From Heterodontus francisci (taxonomy: Eukaryota), in the NCBI RefSeq assembly GCF_036365525.1, contig NC_090385.1, positions 63,434,170 through 63,498,169 on the forward strand: a DNA stretch of 64,000 nt, in the 5' to 3' direction. Under the pieces are notes generated by a model, which worked only from the letters and a program-made list of their open reading frames with translations, had not been told where the DNA came from and ran no database searches. Position 1 is the first letter of the stretch, and each line of letters starts with the position of its first letter. Positions 24,121 to 37,924 of the stretch are shown piece by piece. The translations under genes were made by a program, and so were the position numbers.

Positions 24121-25433
24121 ACTTGCTCCCAATTGTCTGGTCACATTGAAACAGTCATTTGCTGGGTACCTTTGATAGAAACTTGGGAATTTTTGTTATT
24201 TTTACAATGATTGAGAGAATGGTGCACGCGGGTAGCAGAACTATTGTTCTTTGAGTTTTACTTATTCTGCCTCATCTCCCACTGATGATGTCAATGATTG
24301 TGATTTCCCATCTCTGTAGAGTCCTCAAGTCTAGGAAGGAACACACAAAGGGATCATGTTAAATTTGGGAATTTCTGTATTTCCCGATGGTGTTTGTGCT
24401 CTTTAAAATTTATTCTGAACCTTGATTTTTTTTTTAAATTGACCATCTTTCCAATTGAAAATATCGTAATGTGAGAGTGTAATATTGAAAATTCTCATGC
24501 CACAATTCAGTTTTTCAGCTTTTTGTGTAACTGTGCCCATTTCTCATTCTTCATTACATATTTTATTAGTCAATAGATTTACTTGAATTTACAGCTGACA
24601 ATCTGCAAACTTGCACACTAAAGTTTTCAAGAACTTTATATTTGCTTTGACACAATAACAAAAATGAAGAAAGCACAATGTGGCTGATGTGGATCTGCAC
24701 TGTTTTGAAATTCTTGGTGACTATTGATACCTAAGACACACAAGTCATATTGCTACTTTTGGTTTAATGAGGATATGAAAGTTTTTCTTTGTCTCCTCCT
24801 TTCTTTTTGCAAATATATAGATTTTCTTTTGAGACATTTTCCTCCTGTGGCTGAGTAAGCACAGCATTCACACCTCGGCTTTTATTCGTGCTGTTAGGAA
24901 GCCAACTATTTCAAGGTGTAAAACAGCAGCTCGGTGGTGATGTCTGTTTTAATCCCTTCCTGTGGCTGAGACAGGGAATTCAGTGACATGGGAAATAGAA
25001 TCTGAGTAACGTATTTTCAATGGCTTACCCTATTGCAGTACCACAGATCTAGCATTACAGAACCTGCAGAAGCTCTGTTTGCTTCGTTCTAACTATCTGT
25101 GGCTACATTTTGTTTCAATGTGTAGTTTTTAAATGCTTTTGATTGATTCAAATCCTTCAATATATTTGAATGTCGTCTATTGATGTGTAATGTCTTGACG
25201 TCACCGATATCTAATTGTAGAATTAGATATCCTGGTCAATTTCTTCTCAAAAAGGTCATTGATTTTTGGTTTTCTAGAAAAATTGATGGAATTATGGAAT
25301 TTGATCTCAAATACTGGGAAAAATTCTGTTTATAATTAAAGTTGAATGTGACATCTTAAGTCATCATAAATTGGTGTGCCTGATTCTCTAATGTTTACAT
25401 TTAAAGCATTAATAATGTTTGTTTTCCCCCCAG

Positions 25434-25516
25434 GGCTTCATATAATTTTTACTCTGGATGAAGTGAATTTTATACAGAATCTTGTGTTTTATATTGAAGT
25501 AGCCTACAAAGTTGCA
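25434..25516 (+). CDS. PHKA1: PHKA exon 5 equivalent
   Basis: ccccag|GG...GCA|gtgagt; 83 nt; completes the phase-1 codon; [28 protein letters not shown]. Confidence 0.94.
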
Positions 25517-26898
25517 GTGAGTATCCAGATATCTTGAGCCTTCTGTTTTTACTTTACAACTGATAGAAAGAGATCATTGTGGTTCTCCTAAATCTTACAG
25601 TAGAGGTTTAGAGAGGACATTGAGTAGCTTTTTGCTGCCATTTTTATATGCCTGCTTTTATAGAATTTTGCTGCAAATTATGTAGGTTCACTGCAGTTAT
25701 GCATCATATAATGTGATGATGTATAGATTCAGATCCACAATTCCACATGTTTTTTGCTGTTTGCATCAGAAATCAAATGGAGGCAGGGTGTTTCTCTAGC
25801 TTTGAAAACACTGAAAAAGAAAAGTTAACATCGGGTGTAAAATGAGCCACTGCTAAATTGTTGGGGATTTTTCTGTTGATCTGTGGGCATCCCATTTCGA
25901 TCGTGTCGTGGAAGCGTGCCATCTGTGATGCACCCAAAGATGAGCCATAATGAATTTTGCCCCCAGTATATTTGTGGTGGCTCTGATGGTAAAGCCAGCA
26001 ACTGCACAAGAAAAATTTAAAACTTCTGTATTTTTCCTTTATATGATATGGGTGGAGTGGTTATTTAAAAAATTGCTTAATGAACTACCTGGAGTATTCC
26101 TTTAACAATCAATTAAGCAAACTGTAGCATTATGGTTCCATTATTTGGGTCAGTTAGTAAGTGCATTGTTTTGTGCTTGAGCCATTAAGGCTAGAATGTT
26201 CCAGGTTTAGTCTCTGGTCTGTGTTGAGTTAGCTATTCTCAGCCAGGATGGTCCTGGAAAACAAAATTATCTAAATTATTTTTATTTTCAGTACATCCAT
26301 TGCATTATGAGACATGCTCACAGTTCTGTGCTTCTTGATATTTGATTTTCTTTTATTATGTTGTAGTGTTTTCTCTGCCTTTCATTTCCTTAAGACAGAG
26401 ATAATATATATATATTTTTTTCTTGCTATGTTTATCTGGAGAGAGCCTTTGGCTTAGTGGGAGGATTGCTGCCTTTGAGTCAGAAGGTTCAGGGTTGGAA
26501 GCCCACTCCAGACAGACAATTTTGGGTTGACAGCCAGCAGGATATTTGCATCTGGTGATTGTGGGTGGACCACCTCACGCTGTATAGGACTAATCACCCT
26601 GTCTGTTAGTATAAAGAAGGTTATGGCCATGGAAGAAGCATCAATGTCATATTGCCTGCCAGACTGTTAGTCAGCTTGCAAATATTTTCACTAATTCACA
26701 CTATTATCAAAGGAAGGAATGTGACAATATAAAAGCAACTACGTTTGTATCTCTTCCCAGTTGTCCCTGTCTGCTTCTGATATGTATGCGTGTCCCCTTC
26801 CCTTAGCCATATCTTTTCTAGGATATGAGTGCATTACTTGGTGCATCTGGTGACTTTTAAATTTACTGCATACATTTGTTGCTTTCTTTTTGTGGCAG

Positions 26899-26979
26899 GA
26901 TTATGGTATGTGGGAACGTGGTGACAAGACAAACGTGGGAATTCCAGAGCTCAATGCCAGTTCTGTGGGTATGGCCAAA
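26899..26979 (+). CDS. PHKA1: PHKA exon 6 equivalent
   Basis: tggcag|GAT...AAA|gtaagt; 81 nt; [27 protein letters not shown]. Confidence 0.94.
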
Positions 26980-27039
26980 GTAAGTGTTAAATTATGTTTT
27001 AAAACTCTTGTTGGGGTGGAGGGATGAAGCAATGGAATT

Positions 27040-27245
27040 GGACAATGCAGTGTGTTAGCTTACTTGTTTTTGACTTTTGGAACCTGGACTTGAATCTAAC
27101 CTAGGTTTGTGGGATGAAAGTCACCTTGCTGTGTCAGCTACAAGGATCTTATGTGACATGGGTTTCAGCAACCCCAATGAAATTCCTTGTATGTACAGAT
27201 TCACAGCATTACGTTTACGCTAGCAGTCTTGTTCAGAAAAGCCAG
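27040..27245 (+). repeat. Possible LF-SINE-like remnant
   Basis: Collinear degenerate similarity to the LF-SINE consensus as recalled (GAATC.A.CC.AGGT..GAAAGTCA..TATGTGA.ATG.GTT..TTCCT.GT..GCAGTCT). Confidence 0.4.
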
Positions 27246-27264
27246 TTAATTGGAAAAAAAAAGT

Positions 27265-30200
27265 AGTTAGAGTCATAGAGTCATTTTCGGCACAGAAGGG
27301 GAGGCTATTTGGCCCATCAAGTCCATGACAGCTCTCCACGGAGCTATCCAGTCAGTCCCACTCCTCCACTCAATCCCCATAGCCCTGCAAGCTTATTGCC
27401 TTCAAGTGGCCATCCAATTTCCTTTCCAAGTCATTGATTGTCTCTGCTTCCACCACCCTTGTGGACAGCGAGTTCCAGGTCATTACCACCCGCTGTGTTA
27501 AAAAGTTCTTCCTCATATTCCCCTTGCATCTTTTGCTGAACTCTGTGTTCCCTAGTCCTTCTACCATTAGTTAATGGGAAGAGTTTTTTCTTGTCTAACT
27601 TACCTAAGCCTGTCATAATCTTGTACACCTCTGTTAAATCTTCCCTCAATCTCCTTTGTTCTAAGGAGAACAACCCCAGCTTTTCCAACCTAACCTTATA
27701 ACTTAAATCCCCCATCCCTGGGAACCATTCTGGTAAATCTTCTCTCAAGGACTCTCACATCCTTCCTATAGTGTTGTGACCAGAATGTATCGCAGTACTG
27801 TAGTTGAGGCCTAACCAGAACTTCATAAAGATTCAGCATAACTTCCCTGTTTTTGTACTCAGTGACTCAATTTGTGAAGCCCACGATCTCATATGCTTTG
27901 CTGACCACTCTCTCAATATGTCTTGCCACTTTCAAAGATTTATGCACATGCACCCCTAGGTCCCTCTGTTTCTGCACACTCTTTAGAACTGTGCCATGAA
28001 GTATATATTGCCTCTCCCTATTCCCTTTGCCAAAATGCATCACATCACACTTGTCAGTATTAAATTCCATCTGCTACCTCTCTGCCCATTCTGCTAGCCT
28101 ATCTATATCCTGTTGTGGGCAGTTCATATCGTCTTCACTGTTGGCCACATTTCCAAGTTTGGTATCATCAAGTTTTGAGATTCTACTCGGTATTCCAAGA
28201 TCCAAGTCGTGTATATATATATATATATATGATCCTTGGGGAATACCACTGTCTACCATCCTCCAGTCTGAAAAACAACCATTTACTATAGCTTGCTGTT
28301 TTCTGTTCTTAAGCCAATTTTTTTTATCCAATTTGACACTGACCCTCCTATTCCATGAGCCTCAATTTTGTTAACCAGCCTTTTATGTGGTATCTTATCA
28401 AATGCTTTCTTAAAATATGTACAAATAACATCCACCACATTCCCTGCATCAACCTTCTCAGTTATTTCATCAAAAAATTCAATTAGATTAGTCAAGCATA
28501 ATCTGCCTTTGACAGATCCATGCTGGCTATCCTTAATTAACTTGAACCTCTCCCAGTGTCTGTTGATTTCTTCCATCATTATTGTTTCTAAAACCTTGCC
28601 CACAACTGTTAAACTAACTGGCCTGTAGTTGCTAGGACAGTCCTTACACCCTTTCTTGAATAAGGGTGTCGCATTTGCCATTCTCCAATCCCCTGGCAAC
28701 TCCCCCGTATCCAGGGAAGATTGGAAGATTATGGCAAGCCCTTCCGCTATCTCCATCCCCACTTCCTTTAGCAAGCTAGGATGCAAGCCATCCAGACCAG
28801 GTGACTTATCTACCCTAAGCATAGCCAGCCTTCTTAGTACTCCCAGCCCCACCTCTCAATTTTTACCTTATCCATTGCATCTACCCTCTCTGTTTCTCGT
28901 GATATTTTGTCAGATTCCACTTCCTTAGTGAATACTGATACAAAGTACTCACTAAGTATATTAGCATTGCCCTGCAACTCTAAGCATTTATTACCCTCTT
29001 TGTCCCTAATCGGCCTCACTCAGCTTCTTACTACCTGCTTACTATTTATATGCCGGTGGAAGAATTTTGGGTTCCCTTTTGTGTTGACTGCCATTCTAAA
29101 GGCCCGCTACCTGACCTGAAACCGACAGGACCCGATGACATGTGTCGGGTTCGGGTTGGGTCACGCTTTCGGGTCCGGCATTCGGGCTCGGGTCGGACCA
29201 GATCGGACACGCTCTGTCACCACCTCAGCTAAGTGATTTTAATGTTAATTTACATTCTGGACTTTAAAGGTGGTTTTGCTACAGATATTTTAAGCTTGTG
29301 CAGGTAAGGAACAAAGTGAAAAAGGAAGGTAAGTTAACTGATGGTCGGGCGTGGGGAAAAAAAATGAAAGGACTCGGGCCGGTTCGGGCTTGGGGTCGGT
29401 TGGGGTTCTCATTTGCAGGCCCGAGCAGGCCTTTTTGCCATTCTATTCTCATACACTCTCTTTGCCAGACTTATTTTCCTCTTCTCCTCCCCCCTCAACT
29501 TATTGTAAATGGCCTTGTTCTCACTTGAAGAATTCACCTGACATTCATCATAACTTTTTTTTTGTTTCATCATAATCCCTATCTCCCTTGTCAACCAAAA
29601 AGCCATGTTTTTGGTTCCTTTACCTTTCACCCTTGTTGGAATGTACCTGAAGCATCTCTTCCTTCAAGATAACTCATTGTTCTGATACAGCTCTTCCTGT
29701 CAGTCTTTGGTTCCATTTTACCCTGGCTAGATCCCTTCTCATCACGTCAAAATTAGCCCTCTTCCAATCTACCTTATTTCGTTCCTTGCTTTTCTGCATT
29801 ACTAATCTAAACCTTATACAATATCACTCTTAACCCAAGTGCTCCCTGACATATACGTGGTCCACTTGACCCACCACATTTCCCAGCACCAGATCCAACA
29901 ATGCCTCGTTTCCAGTTGGGCTGAGAACATACTGATCAAGGAAGTGCTCCTGAACGAATTTTAGAAATTCCTCCACCTCCTTATCCTTGACTCTAGAATT
30001 ATCCCAATTGATACTTGGATAATTGAAGTCCCCCAATATCACCACTCTATTCTTGCACATTTCTGTGATTTCCCTGCTGATTTGCTCCTCTAACTCTCAC
30101 TACTTGGAAGCCTATAGAATACCCCTTGTAATGTGATCACGCCATTTTTCCTTCTCAACTCTAACCAAATGGATTCTGTCCTTGCCCCCTCAAGGACATC

Positions 30201-31540
30201 CTTCCTTTACAACACTACAATATCTTCCCTAATCAGTACTGCCACCCTATGTTCCTTTTTTCCTTCTCTATCTTTTCTGAACACTTGTGTGTCCTTGTGT
30301 ATTAGGAGCCTAGTCCTTACCATTTTTAAGCCACGTTTCACTTATTGCCACTACATCATATTCCTAGGCTGCTATTTGTGCTTGTAGCTCACCAACCTTA
30401 TTCATCACACTTTGTACGTTTACAAACATGCATTGTAATCCTGTCTTTGCATTCCTCATAGTCCTTCTCAGTCTGCTCCTTTCTAATATAGAACTTCTCC
30501 CTTCTCTAGTACTTTCTAACACTCTAGCATTATGCACTTTATTTGTCTTTTCTACTTCTATATGCTGTTGCCCACCCCCCTGCTAATTTAGTTTAAACCC
30601 TTCCCAACCGCACTAGTCAATCTCCTCGCGAGGATATTGGTCCAAGTCCTGTTGAGGTGCAACCTGTCTCTTTTGATTAGGTGCCTTCTGCCCCAGAACT
30701 GGTTCCAATGCTGTAAGAATCTGAAGCCCTCCCTCCTGCACCATGCTTCAAGCTAAGCATTCATCCTTCCTATCTTCCTATTTCTACTCTCGCTAGCACG
30801 TGGCACTAGGAATAATCCAGAGATTACTATCTTTGAGGTCTTACTCTTTAACTTCCTCCCTAGCTCCTGAAAATCTGACTGTAGGACCTCAGTAGCTGTC
30901 CCGGCTATGTTGTTGGTACCAACATGTACCACAACTTCTTGCTCACTCCCTTCCCCCTGCAGAATATCCTGCACCCTCTCCATGATGTCCTTTACCCTGG
31001 CACCAGGGAGGCAACACGCCCTGTGGGACTCATGATGACAGTTACAGAAATGCCTGTCTGTTCCCCCTGATTATGGAGTCACCTATAACAACTGCATTTC
31101 TGACTTTTCTGTTCCCTCCTGTATAGTCACATGCCCATTGGTGCCATGGTTTTGGCTGTATAACTTCAGGGTATCGTCACTCCCAGCAGCCTCCAATGCT
31201 GAGTATCGGTTTGAGCGTGGCACACACCCGAAGTCTTCTGGGGTTCCTGCTTCTTCCGGATGGCCACCCACTTACTAACCTGAACTCCTACTGCTTATGA
31301 GGTAACCACCTCCTGGAACGTACAATCCAGGAAACTCTCCTGCTCCCTGATGTTCTACAGTGATTCCAGCTGCCCTTCAAGCTTGAGCTGAAGCAGCTGG
31401 AGACACTTCCTACACACATAGTCAGCCAAGACACATGAAGTGTCCTTAAGTTCCCACATGGCACAGGAATTGCAAGCAACAGGTTGTAGCTGCCCATTCA
31501 TGATCTAAAACAAAACCCTCTTTAAAAAGAAACCCTCTTT
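27265..31540 (-). mobile_element. Degraded full-length CR1 (ORF1 and ORF2 remnants)
   Basis: ORF1 start MNGQLQPVACNSCAMWE near 31501, HVGTNNI; ORF2 GDFNYP, SQHG, REDLTEVYK; tail tctatgactct. Confidence 0.9.
29097..29435. mobile_element. hAT-type MITE (339 bp) inserted in CR1
   Basis: TIRs TAAAGGCCCGCT / AGCAGGCCTTTT; perfect 8-bp TSD TGCCATTC at 29089-29096 and 29436-29443; repeated TCGGG/CCCGA subterminal motifs. Confidence 0.88.
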
Positions 31541-31731
31541 GATGCTATTCTTGAGTTTGGGACAAGCAGAAGTATCTTTGATCTGCAATTGATAGTAATA
31601 TATATGTGCTGGGGGCTAAAAATGGAAGATGAAATTTCATTTGAGCAGAGAAGCATAATACCTCCCGAGAATATATATTTTTAATTGTATTTTAAGCGAA
31701 GTCTGAAACTAAGATTTTTTTTTAACCACAG

Positions 31732-31830
31732 GCAGCTCTTGAGGCACTTGATGAATTGGACCTCTTTGGTGCTAAAGGAGGCCCCAAATCAGTTATTCAT
31801 GTCCTGGCTGATGAAGTACAGCTCTGTCAA
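31732..31830 (+). CDS. PHKA1: PHKA exon 7 equivalent
   Basis: ccacag|GCA...CAA|gtaaga; 99 nt; [33 protein letters not shown]. Confidence 0.94.
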
Positions 31831-32117
31831 GTAAGATCTAAAGAAAGATGGTGCCATTAAACTTGTGTTGTGGTTGCACTATATTCTAGTAAAATTTGGT
31901 ATATTCTGTAGAATTGTAATTATAGCAAGATATACTGATTTATACATGTAATTCAAAGTTTTGCACCTGGCATGTTTGACGTGCACAAGGTTTACATTAG
32001 TTTAAATTTTATAGCCATCAGTCTAAAATTTGCTTTATTTAAAAATATTCCCATTTCCAATAAAAATTGGCAGATACAACTGCCTGAAAGTTATGTGGTT
32101 TCCCCACACTATATCAT

Positions 32118-32958
32118 TGTTATGACCAGGTGAGAAAGGTGTGTAGGGGTCCCTCTCAGCCTTCACCTGGTCTTAATGTAACAGGGTTTAATTTTTAAAA
32201 CACTGTTTTTAGATCCCCCTTGGTGAATCCTTGTTCACCGCTTTCCAATTATAAGGCAAAGAAGTCAGCACAAACAGGTTTTCTTGGATTTAAAGAAGAA
32301 AAGTTCAAATTTATTAAACTTGAACTTAAACTCTAATTCGGTTGACACCTACAGATACACGAAGCGCCCACGCTAGCATGCATACGCAATACACACATGC
32401 AAATAGAGACAGAAAAGAGCAGAAGAAATAAAGTAGGAAAGTTTGAGGCAATCTGAAGAGTTTTTGTTATGGTTCCTCGAGCTCACTGTAGAGTCCTTGC
32501 TTGCAGGTAGATCTTGCTTTTCGTTGGGACCCAGTATTCTTCTTAAACCTTGTTCGCCGTAGGAGACTTTTCTCTCTTGGGGTTCATGTGTCTTCAGCGG
32601 ATTCAGAGGCTTGTGAGAAAGAGATGGGAGCAGCATGGAGAGATCTTCTCAGTCCAGGAGCAAACAGACACTCTCAGTTCAAACTCTGTGTGGCTAGTTC
32701 AAAAAAACCCACTGGAACAGCTAGTTAGCCATGTGACCAGCTGGTCTAACCAGTCCTGGCCCTTGTGGATTGCATCCTGCTTAGCAGGCCCTGGAATGCG
32801 CTTCCTCACTCTGGATATCTGTTTGTATGTAAATGTTTTGTTCCAGCCGTGGCTGATCTGTTTAATAAGTAATTTCCTCACTCCAGCAACAGTTAAAATT
32901 CAATGTTCATGACAAAATTCATGTGCCTCATTCTTGGCAGGTGAGGTCCTGCATGACA
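32118..32958 (-). mobile_element. Solo LTR (841 bp)
   Basis: TGTTATG...CATGACA termini; AATAAA on minus strand near 32310; related partial copy at 1030-1356; no clean TSD. Confidence 0.7.
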
Positions 32959-34130
32959 ATATGTCCTTAAAAATTGTTTTTCCTGTTACAATACATTTTG
33001 TTATGTGGTATATAACTCCAACAGCAATACATAAACAGCATATCCTTCGACTCATTGTGAGCTATGCTACAGGAAATATCATTAAAATATTGGAAAAACA
33101 AATACATTTGTTTACTCTGCATGCATAAATATACTTCCTTTAATATATTAAATTCAGCATGTGGGCCATGCATTTCATAATTACAAATATGAATGTTGCT
33201 TTTATGAGTCAACCCATTATAGCACCTATAGTGCTAATTATGCCACCTGGATAGCACTGTTAGGGGTTTTCAATGTTAAAAGTTATTGCCCTTTTCCCAT
33301 CAGATTTACTCACACTTGCTGTCACACGCAGCAGTTACAGTGTCTGCCGTTTTTAAAAAAAAACTTGATTTTCTAAAAAAATTTCAGTAACTACTTGTAC
33401 GTGATTTGTAAAATCCTTTTTAATTTTTTTGTAGTTTTTCCCACTTCCAGACTTCCTTTTTTTGTAACCTACCCATAATTCTCCCTGCCTTTGGCCACGC
33501 AAAGTATATAGAAGTTAATTGTTAAGTTTGCTTCAGCTAACCCATTAGCTCTCATGCTCCCTCTCTTCATGACTGCTACATTCTCAGTTTAATTTTTAAA
33601 ACCACTTTTTCTGACCTTTGAGCATCTGCCCTGCCTCCTATGTCCTGTGTTCTTTCCATGCCAGCAAACAGCATTAGCATACTCCCCAACATGCTCATTT
33701 TTCTGACCAAGTTGTTACTGCAAAACATTAAAATGGGGACCACTGCATACAAGCAGTGTACTTAATAATGAATTTGATCAATAGTCCTACAAGTCCCATT
33801 CACTCATTCCCTGTACCTGAGAACCTACATTGGCTCCTGGTCTGGCAACACCTTAGCTTTAAAATTTTCATTTTTATTTTCAAATCTCACCATGGCCCCA
33901 CCCCTCTCTATCTCAATAACCTTCTCCAGCCCTTCAATCCTCTGAGATGTCTTTATTCCTCCATTGCTAGAATTGGAGGGCGCAGAGATCTCGGATGGTT
34001 GTAGGGCTAGAGGAGGTTACAGAGATATGGAGGAATTAAAAACAAGCATGAGAATTTTACAATTGAAGTGTTGCCGGAGAGTAGCCAATGTAGATTAGAG
34101 AGCACAGGGAGGATGGTTGAACAGAGCTTG

Positions 34131-37100
34131 GGGCAGAATTTTATGTGGACTTCGGGGACAAATGAAGGCTGGGGGGGGGGGGGGGGGGGCATTAAATTGG
34201 GACTGGAGACATCGGACCAGAAGTCTGATATCGTGATGTCCCATCCTGATATTATGAATGGTGGCAAACATGGAGGCGGAGAGCAGACGTCAACGTGGCG
34301 GGCAGGCAGTTAAGGTAGTTAAGAGGCCTTGGACAGCGATTTTATACTTCGTTTCAAATTTTATTAACGGCGCTCAGGATTCGTGGGGCTTCAAAGCCTC
34401 AGCTGGTAAAGGGAGGTGACGTGGAGGTGATGGCTCATTGCTGGCTGCAAAGGAAGGCCATCTGGAGAGGCAGCATCAACTGCCAGGAAGGGTGGAGAAG
34501 GGAAGGCATATCTGAGGAGGGTGGGGGTGCCATATCGTTCTGCATTTCCTTTGATCCTTACTGCCAGCTGTAGGTTGAGCAATAAAAGCTTACCTTTATG
34601 CAGCCCTGTTGTCGCCTTCCTTCCAATGCCAGGTGCGCAGAGCTCAGCTGGCAAGGCTCCAGAGTTGATCCCTCGCCTTGAGCCCCTTGACAGAGGCAGG
34701 GTTGAAATGAAGCACCAAAGTCCATAAATAAGAGTAAAGTGATCTTGTGCAATAGAAACGATCGTTATTATCCCTGATGCCAAATGCTATCCTTTCTATT
34801 TACATTACACATTCACCATGAGTCTCCCATGCTTTGCGGTGCTCTTCTTTATTCTTTTGCGTGTACTCCTACACTGTGCTCCCCCTGCGCTGTCAGCTGA
34901 AACGAAGGCAGGCTGCTGACCTTGCTGTTCCTTGGCTAGGCATGACTTTGGCAGTCATCCTCTGGATGCCTTAGGTCTGAAGGGTCCTGGCATTGTGAGG
35001 GCCTCCTGCACAAAATCAGTGTTACCCTCTATTGTCAGGGATGAAGGAGGATTTGATGTCACTGGCAGAAGGGCAGAGGAACTGCACCAGGACCACCCTG
35101 AGAGGAGGCCCAGCTGTGGGGGGAGGGTGGGGGTGCAGCCGCTCCTCCACCCTTGCAAGGCAGACTTCTGCCTCCCTGCTGACCTGAGAGGTCAGAGGAC
35201 TTGGTGGTGAGTTCAGGTCTCCCGTACCCCTCTCGCCTTGCCACTGCTGCCTTGAGCTCTTGGTCAAGATGAGGGTATGCAGTCTACATGAATATGCTGC
35301 AGACACTGAGTGCTGTGCTGAATGTGGCTCTCCAGAAGTGTCGCCAATCTCTCATTGCAGGACACCATTTGTGCACCAGTCAGAGTCAGTGCAGCACTCG
35401 ACGCCTGGATGGACTCCTCCATTGTCCCTACCTGAGCACACATTGCCTCTGGCATCTCTGCCAGATGTTGCCTGACCCCTCTCTGCAGCTGCAGCATTTC
35501 CTGTGATGCTGGCGACACCAGAGGCTCATCATGAGCCTTGGGTTCAGCATGGGTCTGGCCTCCCACAGTCCTCCAACTCTGAGACCTTGGCTGTCACAGC
35601 CTCCGTCAGCTGCTTGGGCGCATCTGTGATGTGCTGACCAGGTTGTGTGTATACCCACTGATATCCGTGTATTTGCGCTGGCGGAGGGTGCAGGGGTATG
35701 GATCATCTGAGGCTCTGTCCTCCCCCTTGTGCGGTAGGCTCTCCCACAATCTTGGAGGCTCATTGTGGATGTTCTATGTGACCTGCATGAGAGAACAGAG
35801 ACGTTGAATGTTCATGGTCTCTCCCCGACATAGCAAACACCCCTATGTTGGAGGTGACTGTAGGCATTGGATGCCTGATAAACAGCATGGCTCCATCACT
35901 CCCAATGCACCCTTGTGCCCCCATGGTATCCTTATTTAATCTCTTGGGACGATGCCCCTGTCTCTCTGTCCGCAACACATCGTCCATCCTGCGGCCATGG
36001 CAGCTCCATGGTTTCCTCCTCCATTTGGCTCAGGATATGGCGATTTGGCAGTCCACTGCTGATCTTAGCCCGCACTCTGCAATTGTGTGCTATCTTCTCC
36101 TGCAGATGCAAAGATGAATGCTGTTGGTCTCCCATCAGGGACAAGTCCAAGACAGATGCTGGTGGTAGTCAAACTGTTACTGATGGGGGCACACAGATGC
36201 CTCTTGCATGTGGTCCCTTTCCAGGGACTTAGTGAGGGTCTCTATTGACAAAAGGCCACCTTTCAGTGCCATTGAACCATGCCTTAGCCATTTATTTGAA
36301 TGCCCTGAATCTCTGCCCACATCTGGGTGGGTATTCGTTCTCCACCTGACACCTCTTCCTCCTCGGACAAATGCAAGGCCCATGAGCTGAAAGCTTTAAG
36401 ACGCACTCACTTTCGCTGCCCGGATGAGGTCATTGAGCCGCCTACAGCACTGAATCCAGGTCCTTGGTGTGTCCCCGGGTCTGCTGACCTTCTCTGCTAT
36501 CTGCAGCCAAGCTTGCTTGGTCAGACTCCCAACACTCCTCCTCCCCTTTCTAGGGAAGAATATCTCTTTCATTTTCTTTGCAGCCTGTAAGAGAACAGTG
36601 TGGCAGCAGTGTGTACCATCTACAAGATGCACTGTAGCAACATACCAAGGCTCCTTCGACAGCACCTTCCAAACCCACGACTTCTACCACCTAGAAGGAC
36701 AAGGGCAGCAGTTGCATGGGAACGCCACCACCTGCAAGTTCCCCTCCAAGCCACACACCATCCTGACTTGGAACTATATCGCCGTTCCTTCACTGCCGCT
36801 GGGTCAAAATCCTGGAACTCCCTTCCTGACAGCACTGTGGGTGTACCTACCCCACATGGACTGCAGTGGTTCAAGAAGGCAGCTCACCACCACCACCTCA
36901 AGGGCAATTAGGGATGGGAAAAAAATGCTGACCTTGTTAGCGATGCCCACATCCCATGAACGAATATAAAGAGAAAAGAACCTGGAGGCAGGCATCATTA
37001 AGGCGTGGGTCCACCCGGGGTCGTCTTTCTGCCATTGTTCTGCAACTTCTCTCCTCTGAAGAAATCCTTATACCTGGCAGGGAAACATTGATTCTAGGGC

Positions 37101-37319
37101 TGGCAGCTCTTTATATATGGTGACAGAATCTGTCATGGCGTCAGCTGATGCTGGTCTCTCCACCTTCGCCCTACCACCAGCATTGGCTGGCCCCTGCACC
37201 TCATTCAATTTAATTGGCTGGCTGCTGCTTGATCGCGTGCTGCTCGTGGCCCTGATGAAAGCCGTATGTGCTTCTGGTCCCGACATCGGAACCTGTGGCA
37301 TCCAGTTAAAATCTGGCCC
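34131..37319 (-). mobile_element. PIF/Harbinger element carrying a decayed spliced Myb/SANT-like gene
   Basis: TIRs GGGCAGAATTTTA / TAAAATCTGGCCC, 3-bp flanks TTG/CTG, host L2 rejoins across it; PRLNDACLQVL-LQAAKKMKEIFFP..AWLQIAEKV..RTWIQCCRRLNDLIRAAK|intron 36410-36100|EKIAHNCRVRAKISSG. Confidence 0.8.
36597..36968 (+). mobile_element. 3' fragment of the second LINE family inserted in the Myb/SANT exon
   Basis: Matches 15600-15654 plus 19962-20280; AAGAGAA-like duplication at the flanks. Confidence 0.85.
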
Positions 37320-37924
37320 CTGGTGCGAGTTAGGATATGTGCAGCAGAGTGTTGGATGAGTTCAAGTTTATGAAGGGTGGAAGATGGGGGACTGGCCAGG
37401 CGAGCATTGGAATTACTGAGTCTAGAGATAACAAAGAGTTGAGATTTCAGCAGCAGTTGAGCGGCGACCTGGGTGGAGATGGGCAATGCTGTGGAGGTGA
37501 AAGCAGATGATCTTCATGATTGAACGAATATGATGTGAGAGCTCATCTTAGAGTCAAATAGGAAAAGTTGCGAACAGTTTGGTTCAGTCTCAGTGACCAC
37601 AGAGAGGGATGGAGCCAGTGGTTGGGAAATGGAGTACATGGAGGAGACTGAAGACAATGACTTCAGTTCTTCCCAATATTTAGTTGGAGGAAATTCCTGC
37701 TGATCCAGGACTGAATGTGTGACATGCGGTGTGACATATTAGAGACAGTGGGTGGGTGTGGAAGGGAGGGTGGGGAAAGAGCTGGGTGTTGTCAATGTAC
37801 ATGTTTTCGGATGATGTCACTGAGGGGGCAGTATGTAGACACAAATGGGAGCATGCCAAGGATAGACCTTTGATGGACACCAGAGATAAAGGTGTGGGAT
37901 TGGGAAGAGAAGCCATTTCTGGAG

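Noticed and set aside
34172-34189. Poly-G run as a functional G-quadruplex; (TA)n at about 28212-28230
   Set aside because: Simple repeats inside transposons, prone to slippage or sequencing error; no supporting context.
34391-36000. Dense cluster of short ORFs as a host gene
   Set aside because: GC-rich interior of the Harbinger element; low stop frequency explains the ORFs.
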